NCBI GenBank assembly: GCA_035516155.1
Contig: DATJAP010000024.1
Location: 30,992 to 94,991, forward strand
Direction of reading: 5' to 3'
DNA from: Nitrospirota bacterium
GTDB lineage: Bacteria; Nitrospirota; UBA9217
DNA length: 64,000 bases
Part shown: positions 39,412 through 49,900 of the stretch, one piece after another
Layout of the letters: every line of letters starts with the position of its first letter
Numbering within the stretch: position 1 is the stretch's first letter
Program-made: the position numbers and the translations under genes
Notes under the pieces: model-generated
Told to the model about the DNA's origin: nothing
What the model saw: only the letters and a program-made list of their open reading frames with translations
The model's database searches: none

Positions 39412-40066
39412 TGTAAATTTGGGAGCGGATGAGCCGGTGAAAAAAAAGGCGGAGATCATCACAATCGATCCGACCAACACCGACCCAGCCTTTTCCCGGT
39501 GCAAGCAAGTCGTCGCATCGGGCGGCGTGGTAGTCTATCCTACAGATACCTATTACGGCCTCGGCGCTGATCCGCGGGATTCCCGTGCGGTGAGGAAGCT
39601 TTTCGAGATAAAAAACAGGTCTGCCGACCATCCCATACTGCTGCTTATCGCCGACCCGGCAGAAGTGAAGGATTGGACGGAGGTTATTCCGTCCCAGGCA
39701 GCAGACCTGATGAAGCGGCACTGGCCCGGGCCGCTTACGATCATATTCAGGGCCAAAGCTGATGTGCTTCCCGAGCTTACCGCGGGCACGGGTATGATCG
39801 GGTTGCGGGTCCCCGGCAACAAGCTTACCCGAGGCCTCCTCCAGAGCCTCGGCTGCGCCCTGACCGGCACGAGCGCCAATCGGTCCGGTCAGGCAAGCAT
39901 TCGCACGGCTGCGGAAGCTGAAACGGCGATCGGCGACCGGGTTGACCTGATTCTTGATGGAGGAGAAACCACGGGAGGAAAGCCATCGACGGTTGTCGAT
40001 GTTTCTGCCGATGTTCTCCGGGTGCTCCGTGAAGGAGCCGTACCTTTACGGGATATCACCGGTTGA
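39404..40066 (+). CDS. L-threonylcarbamoyladenylate synthase family protein (YrdC/TsaC-like)
   Basis: GGVVVYPTDTYYGLGAD motif; ATG overlaps DUF89 stop. Confidence 0.8.
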   Translation: MHNVNLGADEPVKKKAEIITIDPTNTDPAFSRCKQVVASGGVVVYPTDTYYGLGADPRDSRAVRKLFEIKNRSADHPILLLIADPAEVKDWTEVIPSQAADLMKRHWPGPLTIIFRAKADVLPELTAGTGMIGLRVPGNKLTRGLLQSLGCALTGTSANRSGQASIRTAAEAETAIGDRVDLILDGGETTGGKPSTVVDVSADVLRVLREGAVPLRDITG

Positions 40067-40097
40067 AGTAAAATTCTTTCTGCATGAAGGATGGCCG

Positions 40098-41417
40098 ATG
40101 AAAAAAAAATTCGTACTCGACACCAATGTGCTGCTCCACGATCCGAAGGCGATTTTCTCGTTCGAGGAAAATGACGTCATCGTCCCGATCGTCGTGATTG
40201 AAGAGCTGGACAAATTCAAGAAAGGTATCGATGAAATCGGCCGGAATGCACGCCAGGTATCCCGGATCCTCGACGATCTCCGACAGAAAGGCAAACTGTC
40301 ACAGGGTGTGCAGCTTGAGGGCGGCGGAAGTCTGTGCGTGGAACTCAACCATCAGTCCACGGAACACCTGCCGCATGAGCTGGTCGCGGAAAAGGCGGAC
40401 AACCGGATACTGGCCACGGCGCTAAACTTGATGCACGACGACCTCCCGGTAGTCCTCGTAACGAAGGATACGAACCTTCGTATCAAGGCCGATGCCCTGG
40501 GGCTTCGGGCCGAGGATTACGAGTCGGACACCATAACGCTCGACGAACTCTATTCCGGCGAGACTGAACTCGTGGTCGGGCCCGGGGCAATCGAGGAATT
40601 CTATGCAAAGGGCGAGCTCGCTCCTGCCGGAGATCCCAAGCCTTTTCCCAATGAGTACGCAATGCTCAAGAATAGCGCCAATTCTTCCCAAACGGCACTC
40701 GCCCGGTTCAATCAGCAGAGACAGTCCCTGGTGCAGGTCATAAACACCAAGCACGGCGTCTGGGGCATCAATGCGAGGAACAAGCAGCAGCAGTTCGCTC
40801 TCGATCTTCTCCTGAACGACGACATCCGTCTGGTGACGCTCGTGGGGAAGGCAGGAACGGGAAAGACCCTCCTGGCCCTTGCCGCGGGCCTGGAGAAAAC
40901 CATCGAGGCCAGGACCTTCCAGCGACTGGTCGTTTCCCGGCCCGTGTTTCCCCTCGGCAAGGACATCGGATTCCTTCCCGGGGATATCGAGGAGAAACTC
41001 CGCCCCTGGATGCAGCCGATCCGCGATAATCTCGATTTTCTGATGGGCGCCTCGGCTGTTGCGGGCCGGGTCAAGGGCAAAAAAGATCTTCAAAGCCTCT
41101 TCGACCTCGGCATGATCGAGGTGGAGCCGCTGACCTACATCCGAGGCCGAAGCATGCCAAACCAGTATCTCATCGTTGACGAGGCGCAGAACCTCACTCC
41201 TCACGAACTCAAGACTATCATCACGCGTGCCGGCGAGGGAACCAAAATCGTGTTGACCGGCGATCCTTACCAGATCGACAATCCCTATATCGATTCGTCC
41301 AGCAACGGTCTTACTTTCGTGGTTGAGCGGTTCAAGGAGGAACCCATCGCCGGGCATATCACTCTCGTAAAAGGCGAGCGTTCCGATCTCGCCGAACTCG
41401 CTGCAACGCTGCTGTAA
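40098..41417 (+). CDS. PIN-domain PhoH-like ATPase (PhoH2)
   Basis: N-terminal PIN (FVLDTNVLLHD), C-terminal PhoH P-loop GKAGTGKT; AAGGATGG SD. Confidence 0.85.
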   Translation: MKKKFVLDTNVLLHDPKAIFSFEENDVIVPIVVIEELDKFKKGIDEIGRNARQVSRILDDLRQKGKLSQGVQLEGGGSLCVELNHQSTEHLPHELVAEKADNRILATALNLMHDDLPVVLVTKDTNLRIKADALGLRAEDYESDTITLDELYSGETELVVGPGAIEEFYAKGELAPAGDPKPFPNEYAMLKNSANSSQTALARFNQQRQSLVQVINTKHGVWGINARNKQQQFALDLLLNDDIRLVTLVGKAGTGKTLLALAAGLEKTIEARTFQRLVVSRPVFPLGKDIGFLPGDIEEKLRPWMQPIRDNLDFLMGASAVAGRVKGKKDLQSLFDLGMIEVEPLTYIRGRSMPNQYLIVDEAQNLTPHELKTIITRAGEGTKIVLTGDPYQIDNPYIDSSSNGLTFVVERFKEEPIAGHITLVKGERSDLAELAATLL

Positions 41418-41500
41418 ATTACAGGTCAGAGCACAGGGTTTAAAGTTTAAAACTCTGACCGAGGAACCCTGAACTGCGGTCAATAACCAGGTGAAAAGAA

Positions 41501-42400
41501 ATGCAACGACGTAAACAGGCATACGATACAATTTTTCTCATCATCAGCGTGCTGGCTACGCTCTTTGTTCTTACCGAGATCGTCTTGAGGTCCTTCGGCA
41601 AAAGCATATGCAGCACCGACGGGTGTAAAATGACGGCCCAAGCGGCGCGGTTCGGAGATATTTCCATTTTCCTCGTCGGGTTCGGCACGTTTCTCTCGCT
41701 TGCTGGTCTTGGGCTCCTGAACCGGCGCATCCGGAAGCCCGGGATTGAGCGGTTTATCAATCTCATCCTGGTAGTTGCCTTGGCGGGCGAAGGGTTCTTC
41801 ATGGGGTATCTGGCGTTTCGGATTCATACGATCTGCCTGTTCTGCATCACGATATTTATTTTTATGAGCACGCTCGGCATTTTCAGGCTGCTCTCGGGTG
41901 AAACAGACATACTTGCCGGATTTGGCGCGCTCGCGGCGGTTTTCGTCATCCAGTATCTTGTATTGCCCGCGGGGGTGCCCGTGAATCTGCCCATGAATGA
42001 ACGGCTTATCCTGTTCTACAGCAAGGATTGCAAGCATTGCGCAGAGGTTATCAAGGAACTGGACGAGAAAAAAATACAGGTCGTCCATTTACCGGTGGGC
42101 GATTATACCGTCTTCCTGAAAAACATGGGCATCGAGAACATTCCCACGCTCATGGTGAACGATCCCTATCAGAAAATATTCTTTACCGGTAAAGAATCTA
42201 TTGAGCGTTATCTGCTCGCCTGTATGAATCCGAGTGCCGTCGGGGTCACGCCCCCGAGAAAAACGAAGTCGCGGGACAAGGCCGCGGACCCGGACAGGAG
42301 CATGACCATCGACCTCTTCAGTCAACCGGGTCTTCTGACGTCGCCAAGTCAATCAACAACCGACAACGGCATGTGCAAGGAAGAAGAGGTCTGTAAATAA
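41501..42400 (+). CDS. vitamin K epoxide reductase (VKOR)-thioredoxin-like fusion protein
   Basis: loop Cys pair CSTDGC, TM CxxC (CLFC), C-terminal thioredoxin-like CKHC domain. Confidence 0.75.
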   Translation: MQRRKQAYDTIFLIISVLATLFVLTEIVLRSFGKSICSTDGCKMTAQAARFGDISIFLVGFGTFLSLAGLGLLNRRIRKPGIERFINLILVVALAGEGFFMGYLAFRIHTICLFCITIFIFMSTLGIFRLLSGETDILAGFGALAAVFVIQYLVLPAGVPVNLPMNERLILFYSKDCKHCAEVIKELDEKKIQVVHLPVGDYTVFLKNMGIENIPTLMVNDPYQKIFFTGKESIERYLLACMNPSAVGVTPPRKTKSRDKAADPDRSMTIDLFSQPGLLTSPSQSTTDNGMCKEEEVCK

Positions 42401-42504
42401 GTACTTTTCCGATTTGATTTCCTTACTCGGGCCTGTCACGTGCCTGCCTGCGGTTGTATTTCTTTGTAGAAAAAAAACTGTTCTGTATGGTAATATGGGT
42501 GTCT

Positions 42505-43371
42505 ATGGCCAAAATTCTTGAAAAACGGTTGATTCGACGGCCCGATGTATTTTATTACAAAATCGCCGCTCCGCTGATTTCTCGGAAAGCCGGCCCCGGA
42601 CAATTCGTTATCATCAGGCTCCATGAGAAGGGTGAGCGCATCCCCCTGTCCCTGGCCGACATCAATTCCGCGGAAGGCACGATCAGTCTTATCGTCATGG
42701 CTGTGGGCAAAACCACTTCGGAGCTGTCAGGTTATGAAGCAGGTGAGGAAATCCTCGATCTTTGCGGCCCGCTGGGAACGCCTACGCACGTCGAACAGAC
42801 GGGCAGAGTGGTTCTTGTCGGCGGCGGGTTCGGCGTGGCCCCACTCTATCCCATAGCGCGGGCCTTCAAAGCGGCAGGCAACAGGGTCACTGTTATCATG
42901 GGCGCGAGAAGCAGCGACCTGCTCATCTACGAGCAGGAGATGTTGGGCGTAAGCGACAAGGTGCTGGTGACGACCGATGACGGCAGCAAAGGAGTCAAGG
43001 GAATCGTGACCACGGCCCTTGCGCAGGAGCTGGCGTTCGGAGGTGCGGACCTGGTCATGGCGGTTGGTCCGGCAATCATGATGAAATTCGTGGCCGAAAC
43101 CACTCGGCCCCTCGGCATCAAGACCATGGTAAGCCTGAATCCCATCATGATCGACGGTACCGGCATGTGCGGCGGCTGCCGTGTCTCAGTCGGCGGTGCC
43201 ACCAGATTCGCCTGTATCGACGGGCCGGAATTCGACGGCCATGCAGTGGACTGGGATCTGCTCATGAACCGCCAACGGACCTATAAACAGCAAGAAAGAG
43301 AATCCTTCGAGATGTGGAAACAGCGCCATGACCGCATGTTGAGCAAAGACAAGCAGCCTATCTGTGAGTAG
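42505..43371 (+). CDS. NfnA / sulfide dehydrogenase SudB / PyrK-like FAD-NAD(P) flavoprotein with C-terminal [2Fe-2S]
   Basis: ferredoxin-reductase-type FAD/NAD fold, C-terminal CGGCRVSVGG...FACIDGPEFDG cluster motif; start at MAKILEKRL. Confidence 0.7.
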   Translation: MAKILEKRLIRRPDVFYYKIAAPLISRKAGPGQFVIIRLHEKGERIPLSLADINSAEGTISLIVMAVGKTTSELSGYEAGEEILDLCGPLGTPTHVEQTGRVVLVGGGFGVAPLYPIARAFKAAGNRVTVIMGARSSDLLIYEQEMLGVSDKVLVTTDDGSKGVKGIVTTALAQELAFGGADLVMAVGPAIMMKFVAETTRPLGIKTMVSLNPIMIDGTGMCGGCRVSVGGATRFACIDGPEFDGHAVDWDLLMNRQRTYKQQERESFEMWKQRHDRMLSKDKQPICE

Positions 43372-43475
43372 CCCCGTGCAGACCAACAGGAACAATATCA
43401 GTGGCAGGACGCCCGGGAAGCGGCGGTTATCTCCTTGACACCCCATAATCGTTATGTTAATTTACCAGAATTGTA

Positions 43476-45005
43476 ATGATACGGGAGGATCTTTTGGACA
43501 AACAAAAAGGCTTTGTTGAAAATATTGCGGAGAAATTCTGGAAGTTTTTTTCGTCCGTTAAGCTCGCAGTCACATTGCTGATTATTCTCGCTATCGTTTC
43601 CATTATCGGGACTATCATCCTGCAGAATGAGTCCCCGGAAAGATACCTCAGAGAATACAGCCAATCCACGGTCCAGCTGTTCGAATTTCTGGGCTTTTTC
43701 GATATGTACCATACCTGGTGGTTCGTGCTCCTCCTTTTTCTTTTCACGGCAAATCTGACGGTTTGTACGCTCGACAGGTTTCCTCATACCTGGGCGATCA
43801 TCACGGCACCGCTCAAACCCATTGACGACAATATGCTGAAAGCGCTGCCGTTCAGGAAAGAGATCCCTCTCCAGGGGGACATGGACAAGGTGAGGGAGAA
43901 ATCGGCGAATGCGCTGAAGAATCATGGCTATTCTTATATCGAATCGAAAGATGCGGCCGGTGTGCAGCTCCTGACTCAGAAGGGCGTCTTCAGTCGGTTC
44001 GGTGTCTATATAACCCATGTCAGCATTCTGCTCATTTTTACCGGCGCGCTCATCGGCTCCTTCTTCGGATTCAAGGCGTTTCTGAACCTTCCCGAAGGCT
44101 CGGCCTCCAGAGTCGTCTACCTCCGGAACGAACCGATGTGGGACCAGCTCATGGACTCGCTCGGCATTGCCAAAAGTCCCGTGATCCACGACCCCCAGGA
44201 GGGCTTGCCCGCCATGCCGCTCGGCTATTATGTCCGGTGCGACAATTTTGATGTCGATTATTACATCGATCCCTCGGGCATGCCGACCGGTATGCCGTCG
44301 GAATATCACAGCACGCTCAGCATTTTTAATCTCGACGGAGAAAAGATCCTCGACAAGCGCATCCGGGTAAACGAACCGCTTACCTATCACGGCGTGACCT
44401 TTTACCAGTCGAGCTACGGTATCGTGCCGGAAGCCCGCGGCAAGGTGATCCTGAACATCCGCAAGAAGAGCGATACCCAGTCCCCGGGCGAAACGGTGGA
44501 TGTTGAACCCGGAGGGTCGGTGTTTGTTCCTTCCATCAACCGGACGGTGAAAGTGCTCGGATTCGCGCCCTATGGAATGCGGAACACCGCAACCGGCGAG
44601 GTGCAGTTATTCAAGACGGACACCGATGAGTACATCAACCCGGCCGTGGCGTTGGAGATATACAACGGCAAGAAGGCGCTCTACCGGACGACCATTTTGA
44701 AAATTGATTCGGGGGGGCAGATGAATATGCCCGAGGACTACGTCATAAGCTATGGCGGCTATTGGGGAAAGCGCTACACAGGCCTGCAGGTCACCAAAGA
44801 TCCCGGTGTCTGGGTTGTTTACACCGGCTTTATCATGCTCTGCTTCGGTCCGCTTATCGCATTTTTCGGATCGCATAAGAAGCTTTGGGTTAGGATCCAG
44901 AGTCGCGGAAGCGAGACCATCGTTCTGGTGGCCGGCTCAGCGAACCGGAATCGGATCGGCTTTGAGCGAGTATTCAACAAGGTTGTAGCGGAAATTTCCG
45001 GATAA
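43476..45005 (+). CDS. resB: cytochrome c biogenesis protein ResB/Ccs1 (System II)
   Basis: ResB family topology and size; alternative TTG start 43494 has GGGAGG SD. Confidence 0.85.
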   Translation: MIREDLLDKQKGFVENIAEKFWKFFSSVKLAVTLLIILAIVSIIGTIILQNESPERYLREYSQSTVQLFEFLGFFDMYHTWWFVLLLFLFTANLTVCTLDRFPHTWAIITAPLKPIDDNMLKALPFRKEIPLQGDMDKVREKSANALKNHGYSYIESKDAAGVQLLTQKGVFSRFGVYITHVSILLIFTGALIGSFFGFKAFLNLPEGSASRVVYLRNEPMWDQLMDSLGIAKSPVIHDPQEGLPAMPLGYYVRCDNFDVDYYIDPSGMPTGMPSEYHSTLSIFNLDGEKILDKRIRVNEPLTYHGVTFYQSSYGIVPEARGKVILNIRKKSDTQSPGETVDVEPGGSVFVPSINRTVKVLGFAPYGMRNTATGEVQLFKTDTDEYINPAVALEIYNGKKALYRTTILKIDSGGQMNMPEDYVISYGGYWGKRYTGLQVTKDPGVWVVYTGFIMLCFGPLIAFFGSHKKLWVRIQSRGSETIVLVAGSANRNRIGFERVFNKVVAEISG

Positions 45006-45029
45006 TATCGAATCATTCAGGAGGATTCA

Positions 45030-46274
45030 ATGAACAGTTCCTTGCTCTTTAGTATTGCAACATTGTCGTATTTGGTCGCGATGGTGCTGTATATAGGCTA
45101 CCTCGCGTTTCGGAAAAAGGGTATCGGCACAGCCGCAACGATTGTCACGGTCTTCGGCTTCCTCGTACAAACCGCGGCGCTGCTGCTCCGGTGGCGGGAA
45201 TCGTACCAAATGGACATCGGCAGAGTGCCGCTGTCTAATCTCTACGAATCCCTAGTCTTCTTCACGTGGAGCACAGTGATGATCTATCTTATCGTTGAAT
45301 TCAAGTACAAGACAAAAGCTTTCGGCGCTTTTGTCTTGCCCGTGGCATTTCTTGCCCTTGCATTCATCAACGTCGCCGGAATCAACAGCGACATCACCCC
45401 CCTGGTTCCCGCGCTTAAGAGCAACTGGCTCTTCTACCATGTGCTGATAAGCTTTCTCGGCTATGCCGCTTTCGGCGTCGCGTTCGCGATCAGCATGGTT
45501 TACCTGCTGATCGACATGGAAGAGCGGGGCTCCGCGACGAACCTGTACGCCGGCCTGGCCGCTATCGTTGTCCTGGCGTCGATAGGCTATTATATGGCGA
45601 GTCTGGGTGGCCGGATGAAAACCGCGTTCTGGATGGCAATCGGCGTGCTGATCCTGGCATGGTTTATCTATCTTATCGTCGCCGGAGCGCGTAACAAACC
45701 CCGGGTTTTTCTCTTCTGGTCATTCTGCGTTACGCTCGCCGTTTCGCTTCTGGTTGCCATGGGCATCGATTTTGTTTACCTCGTTTCATTCCGGCATCTT
45801 GCAGCGGGAGAATCGTTCAAGAAACATATATTCGAAGGGACTTTTTTGAATGCCTCTCCGGCGATATCCATTATCAGCTGGCTGGTGGTTCTTGCGTTCT
45901 TTTCCCTTGTATGGTTCAAGGGATTGAGCCTCAAAAACATCCTAAAGCCCTACATCCCGGCGCAAAACCTGCTCGATGACGTTACCTACCGCATGATCGC
46001 CATCGGGTGGCCGCTCCTCACTGCTGGCATCATAACCGGCGCGGTCTGGGCGAACAGCGCATGGGGCACCTACTGGAGCTGGGACCCGAAGGAGACATGG
46101 TCGCTCATCACGTGGTTCATCTATGCCATTTATCTCCATTCCCGCTATGTCCGCGGGTGGAAAGGAACCCAAATGGCAGTCATTTCCAGCGTGGGCTTCC
46201 TTGCGGTCATCTTCACGTACCTCGGCGTGAACCTCGTGCTTTCCGGTCTCCATTCCTATGGAGGCATGAATTAG
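45030..46274 (+). CDS. ccsA: cytochrome c biogenesis protein CcsA/ResC (System II)
   Basis: Trp-rich WSWDPKETWSLITW haem-handling motif, AGGAGG SD. Confidence 0.9.
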   Translation: MNSSLLFSIATLSYLVAMVLYIGYLAFRKKGIGTAATIVTVFGFLVQTAALLLRWRESYQMDIGRVPLSNLYESLVFFTWSTVMIYLIVEFKYKTKAFGAFVLPVAFLALAFINVAGINSDITPLVPALKSNWLFYHVLISFLGYAAFGVAFAISMVYLLIDMEERGSATNLYAGLAAIVVLASIGYYMASLGGRMKTAFWMAIGVLILAWFIYLIVAGARNKPRVFLFWSFCVTLAVSLLVAMGIDFVYLVSFRHLAAGESFKKHIFEGTFLNASPAISIISWLVVLAFFSLVWFKGLSLKNILKPYIPAQNLLDDVTYRMIAIGWPLLTAGIITGAVWANSAWGTYWSWDPKETWSLITWFIYAIYLHSRYVRGWKGTQMAVISSVGFLAVIFTYLGVNLVLSGLHSYGGMN

Positions 46275-46326
46275 AGCGGGCAGAAACCACTCCGCAACAG
46301 GCATCAAAAAACGACAATATTTCGGC

Positions 46327-46358
46327 CGCCGGTTATCAGTTAGATAACCGGCGTTTTT
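46327..46358 (+). terminator. rho-independent terminator after ccsA
   Basis: CGCCGGTTAT-cagttag-ATAACCGGCG followed by TTTTT. Confidence 0.6.
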
Positions 46359-46990
46359 GTCAGTGCAAGGGACGGGGATACATGATGGCAGAACGTGCAT
46401 CATGCCTGATTTGAAATCCGATTAAGAATAGAATGTTTGGCGCGCAGCAGGCTGCCGTAGGCACTCCAGCACCTCATAATCCGAAACATAAGCAAATCAT
46501 CAATCATTGTGGATGATTGGCCATCCTTTTTGGGTTCCTCCAAAACTCAGCAACGGAGTCATTATGACGATACAAAGAGAATCATGGATCAAACATATAC
46601 TTATACACGGCTGCGCATTGCATCGAGTGATGAGAGCGCCTCTGATACTGCATTATTCCGGATGAAGTCAAGGACCTTGGTCGAACCCATGAGGCTGTAA
46701 CCTTTTCGTAACATGCGCTCACTGCATTCTTGTTAACCATGCAAACGTAATGGTATATCATTCAGGCCGCTTTTAAGAATCCAAGTTACGACGGATCTCG
46801 CTTATTTCCCCTCGCTCCTATTCATAATTATAATAATAACAAGAAAACATCCCTTCAAAAAGAGTCGATTTTAGCACAGCAGAGCGGTAAGTATAGCAAA
46901 GACCTTTCTTTAGTAGTACGTTTCTTGGCGTGACCTTGTCATTCGTCCGTTCCTTGGATAGAATATATACTATAAAATCGGGAGGACAAC

Positions 46991-49900
46991 ATGAACAGCC
47001 CCCAGCGCAAAAAGTTTTCGTTCGGCCGCTATAACCCGTTCAGCACCCGCAAAGCTCGATTAACAGGTATCCTGTTACTCTCCTTTTTCGTTATTTACTC
47101 CATTTCAGGATTTTTCATCCTGCCTTATTATGCCAGGAAGATTGCAACAGAAAAACTGACCTCACAGATGGGCCGCATTGTAAGCATCGGTTCGATTCGT
47201 TTCAATCCCTATACTCTTGCGGTTGTTGTCAATAACTTTGAAATCAAGGAGGCTGACGATCATACCACATTTATTTCCTTCAACAGGCTGTATGTAGACA
47301 TAAGATTCATGTCCGTGTTCAAAGGTGGCCCAGTAATCGGAGAGGTGCGGCTTGAAAAGCCGCATGTCCATCTCGTACGAGTAAAGGAGAATACCTACAG
47401 TTTTTCTCCACTCGTGGAGAGGCTCCAGTCAAAGCCTGTGGCCACCGTCCCGGAAAAACCAGGCAAGCCCCTGGTTTTTTCATTCAGCAATATCCAGATC
47501 AAGGATGGCGATATCGAATTTGACGATCGACTGGCGTCAACGAAGCACGAAATAACGCACATTAACCTTTCGATCCCCTTCATTTCCAATCTCCCTGCCT
47601 ATGTTGATTCATTCGTTCAGCCTTCGCTGAGCGCATTGATAAACGGCAGGCAACTGACCATCAACGGAGCATCCAAAGTTTTCTCCGACTCCCGGGAGAC
47701 GTCGCTGGACATTGCGCTCAAGGACATGGACATCCCTTATTATTTGGCGTACTCACCCGTACCGCTCAAGGTGAAGGTGCTGTCAGGAAAGCTCGACGTA
47801 CTTATGAGGCTTACCTTCCGCGAGTATGCCACACGTGCGCCGATGCTTTCCCTGGCCGGCGAAACGAGGATCAGGGATCTCGGGATAAGCACCCGGGAGA
47901 ATGCCGCGCAGTTCATCAACATTCCTCTCTTGAGCGTTAAAGATATTTCACTCGACTTGGAAAAGAGAAAAATTGACATCGGGGCTGTTTCAACGGAACA
48001 GGGCCGGCTGACGGTCTCCCGTTTGAAGGACGGGCGAATGAATTACGATTCGATGCTGGAGTCGTTCGCGGCAACAGCACAGCCCCAAAGAAACGCTAAA
48101 AAGGAGAGCGTAGAGGCCCCCTGGACCGTGGCGCTACAGTCCTTCGTAGTAGATGATTATACCGTTACAATAGCGGATCAGAGTCTCGTCGAGCCTTTTG
48201 GAGTCACCCTCTCCGCGATCAAGTTTAACGCGCAAAATATTTCGACTGAGAAAAACACAAAAGGAACGATTGCGCTCTCCCTTCTCATCAATCAGAGGGG
48301 ATCTGCGTCGGTCAAGGGCGATCTCGCGCTCGAGCCTCTTGCCGCAAGCCTCGCGGTAAACCTCGGGGATGTCCGTCTCAAGTTTCTGCAACCCTATCTG
48401 GCCGGGCGGACCCAAGTTTTGCTTGCTGGCGGTCTGTTGACCGCAAATGGCAATCTCACGGTAGGGCTAAATAATTTAAAGCAGCCACAGGTCTCTGCTA
48501 GCGGGAAACTCCGCGTTAACAGATTCTCCTTGCTTGACAAAGCAAGCGCCGAAGATCTTCTCAAGTGGGATACACTCTTCGTGAAAGTGCTAGACGCCCG
48601 CTCTGCTCCGCCGTCCCTGCATGTCAGCGAAATAGCGCTTACCAATTTTTCTTCCCAGGTCATTGTGAATGAGGACCGGACGATAAACCTGCTGGAAGCA
48701 TTTAAGCCCGGGACACCCGCCTCGGAGAATGCCAGCCCGAATCAGGAGACCGGAACAAAAAAGGCCCCGGAAACAGACAGGCAGCTGCAGTCAGAGCCTT
48801 ATAAAGTTCGCATAGATAAGATCGTTCTTCAGGGAGGGAGGGTTAATTTTACGGACCGCAGCGTCAAACCGCGGTTCAGCTCGAGCCTCCGTGAGATCGG
48901 TGGCCGTGTGACCGGACTCTCATCGGAGGAGAACATGCTCGGCGAAGTCGACCTCATCGGAAAATACAACGAATCAGCGCCCCTCGAGATCACCGGCAAG
49001 GTCAACCCGCTGCGCAGTGATCTGTATGCAGATCTTAAGGTGGATTTCAAGGACATGGATCTCACCTCAGTCAGCCCCTATTCAGGACGCTACGCCGGTT
49101 ACATGATCCAGAAAGGAAAGCTCTCGTTTCAGCTTCAATACCTGATTAATAAAAACAAGCTTGATGCAAAGAATAACATTTTCGTCGACCAATTCACATT
49201 CGGAGACCCTGTTAAAAGCCCTGAAGCGACATCGTTGCCCGTGAGACTTGCTGTGGCTCTTCTAAAGGACCGCAACGGCGAGATACATCTTGACATCCCT
49301 GTATCCGGAGAATTAAGCGATCCCAAGTTCAGTGTGGGCGGCGTCATTCTCAAAGTCATCGTGAACCTTCTTCAAAAAGCCGCCACCTCTCCATTTGCGC
49401 TCCTGGGGGCCATCTTCGGCAGTGATGAGCAGCTTGGATATGCCGAGTTCGAGGCCGGTTCCGCCGTCCTGACACCCGATACAATAAAGAAGCTCGACCT
49501 TCTTGCAAAAGCCCTTCACGACCGGCCCGCGCTTAAAATGGATATCGTCGGCCACGCTGATCCGGTAAAAGACCGTGATGGGCTCAAGCAAAACCTCCTG
49601 CTGAGAAGAGTCAAGGCTCAGAAGATCAAGGAACTGGCCGGAAAAAATTATGACATCTCCTCCCTCGAGTCAGTAACCGTGACGCCAGAGGAGTATCCTC
49701 TGTTGTTGAAGCGGGCATATAAGGAAGAAAAGTTTCCAAAGCCCCGTAATTTTATCGGATTCGCGAAAGACTTGCCTGTGCCAGAAATGGAGAAGCTCAT
49801 GTTAACCAACCTGAAGGTAACCGATGACGACCTGAAGGCGCTGGCAACCGAGCGAGCAAGGGCGGTCATGGACTATCTGTTGCAGTCCGGGCATATAGAG

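Noticed and set aside
40422-41531. 369-codon antisense ORF within phoH2
   Set aside because: Opposite PIN/PhoH motifs; no start context.
43452-44390. 312-codon antisense ORF within resB
   Set aside because: Embedded antisense frame with no family resemblance.
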